From the NCBI RefSeq assembly GCF_006345805.1, contig NW_021834612.1, forward strand, positions 1 to 46,864: a stretch of 46,864 nucleotides of DNA, read 5' to 3'. The notes under the pieces are model-generated. The model saw nothing but the letters and a program-made list of their open reading frames with translations. It had not been told where the DNA came from and did no database searches. Each line of letters opens with the position of its first letter. Within the stretch, counting starts at the first letter, position 1. This DNA is from Octopus sinensis. Its lineage: Eukaryota. This document shows positions 37,073 through 46,864 of the stretch, in pieces. The position numbers and the translations under genes are program-made.

Positions 37073-37151
37073 CTTTCCTGATGAGAAGATTGCATTTTAC
37101 ACTGTTATTCCTTTGGAAGAAAACCATGTTGTCTTCGAAACACGTCGAAAG
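37073..37151 (+). ncRNA. Type I hammerhead ribozyme motif (Penelope pLTR/retrozyme-like, minimal stem III)
   Basis: CTTTC-CTGATGA-GAAGA[41 nt]TCTTC-GAAA-C-AC-GTC-GAAAG. Stem I is CTTTC/GAAAG, stem II is GAAGA/TCTTC, both core boxes are intact, and the GUC cleavage triplet ends at 37146. Confidence 0.8.
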
Positions 37152-37236
37152 TAAAAGAATTTTAATAACATCTTCGTTCAACTCTATTTATTTATTTATT
37201 TACATATATGTGTGTGTGTGTGTATATATATATATA

Positions 37237-37272
<36 letters not shown>

Positions 37273-37289
37273 CATGCATACATACATGT

Positions 37290-40200
37290 ACACATACCCC
37301 ACAACATAGACTGGTAGTTAGTGACTTTAGGATCAGGACTAAGAGGACGACTAGAAGTCGACCAACATGGAGAAGAAGGGTCTGGAAGCTTAAAGACCCT
37401 GCAAATGGACAGAGATTCAGAGACATGTTACTTGAAGCCTTTGACGAAATAGAAGGGGGAATAGCTACACATGGGGTAGAAGATAACTGGACGCTTCAAA
37501 GGGACAACCTGCTGAAAGCCGCTGACCAGATCTGTGGCTGGTGCAAAGTCCCCTCAAGACCCAAAATAACGTGGTGGTGGAACAATATTGTTGACAGGAC
37601 TATTAGACAAATGAAACAGGCTTGGAAGGACTGGAAGAACGGTGGTAGCAGGGAAGTGTATCAGACTGCCAGAAGGGAAGCTAGGAGGCATGTGTATTTA
37701 GCCAGAGGGGAAGCAGATAAGAAAAAATTTGCCAATGTTCTGCGCCATGAGGATGAAAGACTTGAGGTATTTCGTGTTGCAAGACAGTGTGTGAGAGAGA
37801 ATCGTGACGTGGTAGGAGAGAAATGTGTTCGCAAGGATGACGGTTCACTTGCGCTGCTAAATGAGGATGCAAAGAGAGAGGTTTGAGACGCCACTATGAA
37901 AGGTTGCTGAATGAGGAAAATGAATGGGATAAAGAGAGTCTGCCGAATGTCGACCCAACAGAGGGACCAGCAATCCGAGTTGACAGTTCCTTAGTAGTTA
38001 AGGCAATTACAAGCATGAAAACAAGGAAAGCCCCTGGCCCATCAGGAATTACTGCAGCGATGCTCAAAATATCTGGTAGTGCTGGCTATAGCCTAGTCAC
38101 CCATATAGTTAACCAGGTGATACACGAAGGAGTCATACCCAATGACTGGTGTAGCAGCATAATAGTCAACTGCTACAAAGGTAAAGGTGACGCTCTAGAT
38201 ACAAATAACTACAGGGGTATCAAGCTGCTGGATCAGGTAATGAAGGTCACAGAGAGGGTTATAGCCCAACTAATTAGAGAGAGAGTTAGCTTAGATCAGA
38301 TGCAGTTTGGGTTCGTGCCAGGGAAAAGTACTACTGATGCTATATTCCTGATAAAACAGCTGCAGGAGAAATACCTAGCCGAAGATAAGCCCCTGTACCT
38401 GGCTTTTGTTGATATGGAGAAAGCCTTCGACATGGTCCCCCGATCCCTTATCTGGTGGTCAATGAGGAAACTAGGGATAGATGAATGGTTAGTCAGAGCT
38501 GTGCGAGCCATGTACAGAGACGCTGCTAGTAAGGTGAGGGTTGGCAACGAGTACAGTGAAGAATTCTGGGTAGAGGTTGGGGTCCTCCAAGGTTCAGTCC
38601 TCAGTCCCCTCCTATTTATCATAGTCCTCCAGGCAATAACGGAGAAATTGAAGACAGGATGCTCCTGGGAGCTCCTCTATGCTGATGACCTTGCTCTAAT
38701 TGCTGAGTCAATATCAGAACTGGAGAAGTTTCAGGTGTGGAAGCAAGGTTTAGAATCGAAGGGCCTTAGAATCAACCTAGCCAAAACCAAAGTCCTAATA
38801 AGTAGGAAGGTAAACCAATCACAAACGCCTTCGGGTAGATGGCCCTGCTCGATTTGTAAAAAAGGCGTAGGTAGAAACTCTATAAGGTGCACCAAGTGTA
38901 AGCTATGGACACATGGGAGATTTAGCGGTGTCAAAGGAAGGCTAACTAGGAAAATAGTTTTTATCTGTGGCAGATGCTCAGGAGCAATAAACACTGAAAA
39001 TGTGCAGAGACCAACTTCTACCACGTTCCAGGGAGAAAAACTAGAAGTAGTTGATAGCTTCAGCTGCCTAGGTGACCAAGTCAGTAGCGGGGATGGGTGT
39101 GCTGAGAGTGTAACTGCTAGAGTAAGAATAGCCTGGGCAAAGTTTAGAGAGCTCTTACCCCTGCTGGTGACAAAAGGCCTCTTGCTCAGAGTAAAAGGCA
39201 GACTGTATGATGCATGTGTACGTACAGCCATGCTACATGGTAATGAAACATGGGCTGTGACTGCTGAGGATATGCGTAAGCTCGCAAGAAATGAAGCCAG
39301 TATGCTCCGATGGATGTGTAATGTCAGTGTTCATAATCGACAGAGTGTAAGTACCTTGAGAGAAAAGTTAGACCTAAGAAGCATCAGTTGTGGTGTGCAA
39401 GAGAGACGACTGCGCTGGTATGGTCATTTGACGAGAATGGCTGAAGATAGTTGTGTGCAAAAGTGCCACACCCTAGCAGTTGAGGGAACCTGTGGAAGAG
39501 GTAGACCCAGGAAAACCTGGGACGAGGTGGTGAAGCACGACCTTCGAACTTTAGGTCTCACCAAGGAAATGACTAGAGACCGAGACCTATGGAAGTATGC
39601 CGTGCGTGAGAAGACCCGGCAAGACTAGTGAGAACATAACCTGTGGCCTACATACCTTTCCTTCTTGGGACACAAAACTCCACGTGTGAGGACCCGTTTA
39701 GGCAAGTGAAAATCAAACCAAATCAAATCCGATATCAGAAAGCAGAACCAAAATCGAAGTCAATCAACATCCATGGAAATTGCAGCTGTGGTACCAGTGC
39801 CAGTGACAAGTAAGCGAACCATCCGATCATGGCCGTTGCCAGTGCCACCCCGACTGGCCTCCGTGCCGGTGGCATGTAAAAGCACCATCCGTTCGTGTCC
39901 GTTGCCAGCCTCGCCTGGCCCCCGTACCGGTGGCACGTAGCACCATCCGTTCGTGGCCGTTGCCAGCCTCGCCTGGCCCCCTGCCGGTGGTACGTAAAAG
40001 CACCATCCGTTCGTGGCCGTTGCCAGCCTTGCCTGGCCCCCGTGCTGGTGGCATGTAAAAAGCACCATCCATCCGTGGCCGTTTGCCAGCTCCGTCTGGC
40101 ACCTGTACGGGTGGCACGTAAAAAGCACCCACTACATTCACGGAGTGGTTGGCGTTAGGAAGGGCATCCAGCCGTAGAAACACTGCCAGATCAGACTGGG

Positions 40201-40294
40201 CCTGATGCAGCCTTCTGGCTTCACAGACTCCAGTTGAACCGTCCAACCCATACTAGCATGGAAAGCGGACGCTAAATGATGATGATGATGATGA

Positions 40295-40297
<3 letters not shown>
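37290..40297 (+). mobile_element. Young 5'-truncated RTE copy with an uninterrupted 581-aa RT/PHD/thumb ORF
   Basis: ORF 37883..39628 is open from before the RT to the family stop; one frameshift near 37885; six-unit array; (GAT)n tail then (AT)n. Confidence 0.95.
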
Positions 40298-40342
<45 letters not shown>

Positions 40343-40688
40343 TCCCTAACTTTTGTTTTCACATAAGACAGCTATTATGCTTCCTCCCCACAAAAAACCA
40401 CCACGTGGATTCTGTTGAGACTAGTAAGAGATAATTATGAACTTTTTAAAATAACTTTGATAAGGTTAGTTTTTGCAAGAAGAACCGTAACATGTAAAAT
40501 TTCTAAGAAAATTATAATTTATCTTATATAGTGGCGTTTTCAAACTTCTTTTTTTTATAAATATATATATATATATACATACAAATATACATGCATATAT
40601 ATACACATACATAAATATATTTATATACATATGCTAGCATGGCTTGGACGACTTAACTGAAGACTGGATATATATATATACATATATA

Positions 40689-40724
<36 letters not shown>

Positions 40725-40737
40725 GTTGAAAAGTTTG

Positions 40738-40776
<39 letters not shown>

Positions 40777-40779
<3 letters not shown>

Positions 40780-41486
40780 TAAGTCAATTTTTTGGCTCAG
40801 AAAGCAAAAGCAAGGCCATGTAGGGGGACATGGAGTTATGTACAGGGAGGGTGTTCATGCAAAGAGTTCAGGCCATCTCTGGTCAAGAGAGACTTTGAAC
40901 CGAGCAGTCGTTAGCATCTTCACTATCTCATCCGGCAGCTTATTCCACGGAACCGCAACCCGGATGGAGAAAGCCCCCTCTCCTTCGATTGAGATGAAAT
41001 CGTCGCAGATAGAGCTTTTCGGAGTGACCCCGCAGCCGACGCTCTGGAGTAGGAGTGAAGAACAGCTCTTTCAAGAGGTTATACTTTCCGCTTATGATGA
41101 TGTGAGCGAGAATGAGATCACCACGGCGGCGGCGTTTTTCGAGAGAATAAAGGTCAAGCGTCTTCAGCCTTTCTTCATAAGACAAATGCTTGAGACCAAG
41201 AACCATGCGGGTAGCCAGCTTCTGGACTCTTTCGAGATGATGTATGTCTTTGAGGAGATATGGAGAAGAGGCTTGAATCCTGTACTCCAATATGGGTCTC
41301 ACCAACGTGACATAGAGCGGTAGGAATATGGCTGCTGTGAGCATTCCGAATGACCGTCAAATCAAAGACAGAACTCAGCGTGCTTTGTTGGCAGCATGGA
41401 CGCATTGGGCCGAAGGTGAAAAGGAAGAATCCACCAAGATACCCAGGTCCTTTACCTGGTCGGTCTTCTCCAGCAGCAGACAACCC
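40777..41486 (-). mobile_element. CR1-type LINE 3' fragment (second family)
   Basis: LYVTLVRPILEY...LERVQKLATRMV.GLKHLSYEERLK.LDLYSLEKRR.RGDLI; (AT)n on both sides. Confidence 0.9.
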
Positions 41487-42105
41487 GATATATATATAGT
41501 TGAAAAATTCATTTGTGGTATAAATTGTACCATAAACAATTATTAAAAAAATGGAAAAAAAAGATGTTGAATCAAAATTAGATTTAATACAAAAGTGGAT
41601 TCAATACATATGCACGTTTCAAAAGACAATGCAAATATGTAAGAAAAAAATTATGATCATAGTAATTATTATTAAATTTATGCATTGTCATCAGTGTGAG
41701 GAATTTTTGGAAGAACATGAAAAAAAGTTTAATAAAATAAAATGACACAATAATGTAGAATACAGATGGGGTAATAGGGAAAATGGGATATTTACAAACA
41801 AGTTGTAAATAGTGAGAGTTGTCTCTCTCACTATTAATAATAATTGTGAGCGAGACAAAAAAGACAAAGATATATCAATGTGTATGCAAGTCTATTTGCG
41901 CAGTAAACTATAACATGAAAATAAAAATCTAATGGATATGTTTAAAGAAATAGTAACAGGTCGAGATGAAGCATAATGTAAACAAGGCCACGTGTGTCGA
42001 GTAGAATATAATACAACAGGTTCACTAGCAAAACAAAGTCATACAGAGTTATACATATTAATATTGAAAGACGAAAAAGAAAAATATATATTACAAGAGG
42101 CTTAA

Positions 42106-43007
42106 CCCTTTCGTTACCAAAGCCGCCCGAAAAAAATTTTGGTTAATGTGACCAAACAGCCCAAAGCCGCCCGAATTTACCTATTCATATTTAAATTACT
42201 TCGTAAACAGTTCAACTACAGTTTTGTACAATAATCGAAGTGTAATTTTAATTCCGTGAATTTTGAGAGATTCTTTTCCGAAATTTGCTATTGTGTTTTC
42301 AAAATTTGTAATTCTGACAAAAAATGGATACGAATTTCATTATATCAAGCAGCGAGTCAGAATTCGAAGGATTTTCTACTGAAGACCTTCATAAATCTAA
42401 CTCTATGACTGAAAAAAAAAAGCACATGGTATTTGATAATGAATCTGATGTTTCATTTTCCGAAAGTGAAAACAGTGAATTCGAGAGCTCCGACAGCGAT
42501 AAAGAAAACGAATTGGCACCTGAATGGAGTGAAAATTTAAAAACTGTTTCTTTCAGTGATTTTTCTGAAGAAACTGGACCAAGCCACAGACTTTCCCAGA
42601 GGAGTAAAGCCTTAGACTATTTCTTTTTACTTTTTCGAATGAGCCTATTTGAAATCATTACGGCGAAAACGAACCTTTACGCTAAACGTAAACAAAGCGA
42701 AAGAAACAATAGTTTGTGGTTTCCCATAACCTGTTGTATACCCAATTGAATATTAGCTAATAACCCATTTTATATTTTGTTGAATTTACCTGTATCTACC
42801 TGCAATTAGTCACTTTGTGACAAAAATTATAGTATAGAATTGGTTGAGAATATTTCATTAAATTATCTTCCAAAAATCAGATTAATATATTGATAAATAA
42901 AAAAGTTATAGTTGTTTAATGAAACCAGACTAAATTTATGATTACGTTAGAAATTAATTGAAACACATAAGGGGTGTATTTTGGTCAGAAATATAGTAAC
43001 GAAAGGG
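42106..43007 (+). mobile_element. Internally deleted piggyBac-family element
   Basis: TTAA at 42102 and 43008 flanking TIRs CCCTTTCGTTAC/GTAACGAAAGGG. ORF 42324..42749 has an acidic N-terminus and a PGBD-like DYFFLLF...FEII...TNLYA...WFPIT segment; no catalytic domain. Confidence 0.85.
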
Positions 43008-43390
43008 TTAAAGCTGAGAGACAAGACAATGTTTGAAAATGATACAATGTTTAAGTAAAAATGTACATACAAGCTGAGAAAAAAAAAAAGCTTAAAGAAA
43101 TGCAATGATCACAGACAGCACAGGCCAGTGTATTCAAAAGAGTTCACTTACTTAAAAACTAGCCCAGGGTAGGGGAGACACTCATAAGAACAAAACCGAA
43201 TATATAAAGGAGAAAATTATTAATTTACAATAGAAAAACGTATGCGCTTAACACAAGGATATACAGTCATACATACACACATACGTGCATACACTCACAC
43301 ATTCACATGCAAGGGTGCATGTGTAAGGGAAGATACAAATAAAATAATAAAGGAGTACGTATTCACATAAGATGTATAAATATATATGTC

Positions 43391-44580
43391 CACCAGGGTT
43401 CAGTACTCAGTCCCCTCCTATTTATCATAGTCCTCCAGGCAATTACGGAGGAATTCAAGACAGGTTGCCCCTGGGAGCTCCTCTATGCTGACGACCTTGC
43501 TCTAATTGCTGAGTCACTATCAGAACTGGAGAAGTTCCAGGTGTGGAAGGAGGGTTTAGAATCAAGGGGCCTTAGATTCAACCTAGCTAAAACCAAAGTA
43601 CTAATAAGTAGGAAGGTAGACAATCCACAAATGTCTTCAGGAAGATGGCCCTGCTCGATCTGTAGAAAAGATGTAGGTAGAAACTCTATAAGATGTACCC
43701 AGTGTAAGCTATGGACACATAAGAGGTGCAGCAATGTCAAAGGTAGGCTAACTGGGAAGATAGTTTTTGTATGTGGCAGATGCTCGGGAGCATTAACCTC
43801 CGAAAATCTGCAGAAAACAACTTCCGTCACTTTCCGGGGATAAAAAACTAGAAGTAGTTGATAGCTTCCGTTATCTGGGTGACCAAGTCAGTAGTGGGGG
43901 TGGGTGCGCTGAAAGTGTAACTGCTAGAATAGCCTGGGCAAAGTTTAGGGAGCTCGTACCTCTGCTGGTGACTAAAGGCCTCTCGCTCAGAGTAAAAGGC
44001 AGACTGTATGATGCATGTGTACGAACAGCCATGCTACATGGCAGTGAAACATGGGCCGTGACTGCTGAGGACATGCGTAAGCTCGTGAGGAATGAAGCCA
44101 GTATGCTCCGTTGGATGTGTAATGTCAGTGTACATACCCGACAGAGCATTAGTACCTTGAGAGAAATGTTGTACCTAAGAAGCATCAGTTGTGGTGTGCA
44201 AGAGAGACGATTGCGCTGGTATGGTCATGTGGCGAGACTGGATGAAGATAGGTGTGTGAGAAAGTGCCAATCCCTAGCAGTTGAGGGAACCCGTGGAAGA
44301 GGTAGACCCAGGAAAACCTGGGACGAGGTGGTGAAGCACAACCTTCGAACTTTAGGCCTCACTGAGGAAATGACCAGCGACCTTCGCCTGGCACCTGTGC
44401 AGGAGGCACGTATAAAGCACCCACTACACTCACGGAGTGGTTGGCGTTAGGAAGGGCATCCAGCTGTAGAAACATTGCCAGATAAGACTGGAGCCTGGTG
44501 CAGCCTTCTGGCTTCCCAGATCCCCGGTCGAACCGTCCAACCCATGCTAGCATGGAGAACGGACGTTAAACGATGATGAT
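43391..44580 (+). mobile_element. 5'-truncated RTE copy with a single array unit
   Basis: HQGSVLSPLLF through RHNLRTLGL; a deletion joins the ORF end to the last array core; (GAT)n tail. Confidence 0.9.
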
Positions 44581-44935
44581 GCACACACATACATACACAA
44601 ACATGCACATATATGCATACAAACACATACATACATTTATACACATATAAACACATCCACACATGCAAAAAACATACATACATGCATATACACCAAAGAA
44701 AATACATATATAAAAATATACACCTATGCGCACGTATTAATGTATCCATGCACATACATATACAAGCATATATACATTTAGACATAAACATAAAATACAT
44801 TCATGTGCAAGCACAAAAACATACAAGTATACACATACAAACATACCTACTTGCAAATATATATATACACATATATAAACATGAACACAAGTGCATAAAC
44901 ATTCCCACAGAGGGACACATACATACACATATAAC
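44581..44935. repeat. Degenerate (ACAT/AC/AT) low-complexity tract
   Basis: Cryptic microsatellite; source of His/Ile/Tyr-rich spurious ORFs. Confidence 0.85.
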
Positions 44936-44984
44936 GAGTATAAGAACTTATAAAAAATGAAAATGAGGTAATCCATAAAACTAT

Positions 44985-46770
44985 GGTTAATGAAAAGAAA
45001 TTTGGACATATATTTACAAGAAAAAACCTTTTCATCTCTCAAATTTAAGATAGAACTATTCATTTTCATAATTATATTAAACTCTTCTGGGCATAAAAGA
45101 CAAGTTCTATTTCTAACTCTATAAGAAGGGCCAGAAGAAACAATATTCCAAGAAATTGAAGAAATTTATGTTATCTCATTTAAGTTGCCTTACCTTTTTG
45201 GATAAACTAGTACTACATTCTTTCCGAGGATCATTAAAAGATGATTTATGATTATTCAAACATAATTTAAAAGGGGTCTGCATGCAACCTATATAATGAA
45301 ACCTAGAGAGACCATGTGTTGTAATAGTAGCTTTATATACAACATTTTTCATTTTACGATTACCTTTAACCTCACAGGTGTTAGGGTTTCTACAGTTACA
45401 ATTGTTACTAATATTAGACATACTATTGTTGTCTATATGTATTGATAGAGTTTGTGTATGGGAATCATTGGTAGAAGATACAGAGCTATTTGAATAATTG
45501 GGGTTAGTATTAGTAGTAGACGAGGTTAAGTTCTTGTAGTAAAGATTTAGTTTTCTATTAAAGAAGAAATAATTCTAATCATTGTTATTGAATATCCCAG
45601 CATACCTAGATTTACTAAAATTTGATTTAACCTTTCATTACTGTATTTATTTTGAGATGCTCTGTGTTTCTTTCAATTACTTTAAATATAACAAAGAATT
45701 TAGTAAAATAATTTGGATATCATTAAGCTAGTGTTAGGAACATAAATTGTGACAAAGGTTTGGTGGAAGATTTTAATTCAAAACTCATGAAAACAAGACA
45801 TTTGTACCCAGAGCCAGAGCCAGTTTCAGCCGGGTTGGTAACGAAAGAGTTAATAATAGAATAGACTTTATAAAATTAGACTTCAAATGTTTAGCAAAAG
45901 GAAATATCGTCCAAATGATGTTATTATTGTGTTTCTTATGCGTACGGTCGTTTTTATTAGACAGGTCACCCATTCGAATATATAGTATAGGTTTCTTTTT
46001 ACCTCTCGTATTAACATTATTATTAATATTATTGTTCTTATTATTATTATTAAAAAAATATTGAACAGCATTAAAATTGGTTATGCAGTTGTGTGGGGAA
46101 TTAAGACTGAAGAAATAAGAGAATTTTTTTGTGAAAAGACCTTGTTTCGTGTTAATATTTCCAGCTATTCTTTAACCCTAGGACTAATTTTTTGTAAGCC
46201 TAATATTTATTCTATCGGACTCTTTTGCCGAACCTCTAAGTTACGGGGACGTAAACACACCAGCACCAGTTGTCAAGCAATGTTGGGGGAACAAACATAT
46301 ACTCACACATACATATATATACATATATACGAAGGGCTTCTTTCAGATTCTGTCTACCAAATCCACTCACAAGGCTTTGGTTGGACTGAGGCTATAGTAG
46401 AAGATACTTGCCCAAGGTACCACGCAATGGGACTGAACCCGGAACCATGTGCTTGGTAAGCACGTTACTTGCCATACAGCCACTCCTATGCTATGTTAAT
46501 ATTTTTCTCATAATGACTGTCTGTAACATTACACTTGTTTATAATATTAGAAATATTGGTATTGGTAAAAAAAACTGGTTATTAATTGGTCTATAGTTGT
46601 TAAAAATCAAATTTTCCCTATTACCCCATCTATATTCTCCCTCATAGTATTTTATTTTTTCTTAAACTTTTTTGCTGTTCTTCCAAAAATTCCTCACACT
46701 GATGAGAATGACAAAGCATAAATTTAATTAGAATTGCTGATTATGATTTTTTGTTACATATTTTGTTGAT
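44985..46770 (-). mobile_element. Penelope-like element remnant (Naiad/Neptune-type GIY-YIG) interrupted by a MITE fragment and a SINE
   Basis: RTHKKHNNNIIW, CNCRNPNTC...NVVYKATI...YIG...FK...NHKSSF...TSLSK, and C-terminal CLLC...LNLRDE...C. piggyBac-type end (TTAA-CTCTTTCGTTACC) at ~45785-45852. Confidence 0.75.
46165..46490 (-). mobile_element. tRNA-derived SINE with an 11-bp target-site duplication
   Basis: Head, microsatellite and body as at 30213-30545; TGTTAATATTT flanks both sides (~46150 and ~46494). Confidence 0.8.
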
Positions 46771-46864
46771 CAAGTGCCACGTATCAGAGGTGGATTCACA
46801 AATTAGTGTAGCTCATTCAGCAGCGGTGTCCCAGCATGGCCGCAGCCTTCAGGGTAAAACATTT

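Noticed and set aside
41808-41835. Perfect 11-bp hairpin as a Helitron end or terminator
   Set aside because: No downstream CTRR terminus or other supporting context.
46694-46720. CTGATGAG as a hammerhead core (also inverted at ~41690)
   Set aside because: No stem II, GAAA box or cleavage triplet follows.

Overview
Eukaryotic, AT-rich and very repeat-dense nuclear DNA. The repeat repertoire and (AT)n/(GT)n load point to an octopus/coleoid cephalopod; this is an inference, not a database result. Most of the window is layered transposable elements. These are about ten copies or fragments of one RTE-clade LINE family (APE + RT with an embedded PHD-like finger and a tandem-array 3' UTR), two CR1-type LINE fragments and one R4/Dong-type RLE LINE sitting in (TAA)n. 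There is also a decayed mariner interrupted by a two-LTR Gypsy element with a 5-bp TSD, a Tc1-like fragment, an internally deleted piggyBac, Penelope-like (GIY-YIG) remnants and tRNA-derived SINEs. A CpG-retaining putative bidirectional promoter at ~19.1-20.7 kb appears to drive an unidentified plus-strand gene (first coding exon MAGAFDPEDKN) and possibly a minus-strand spliced transcript. Four signals stand out: (1) a ~440-bp palindrome carrying two divergent tRNA-Met-like units, (2) an orphan type I hammerhead ribozyme, (3) variable-copy ~60-nt structured arrays in the RTE 3' UTR, and (4) a Gypsy primer-binding site matching the 5' end, not the 3' end, of tRNA-Phe. No prokaryotic systems or CRISPR arrays are supported. 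No host gene could be named.
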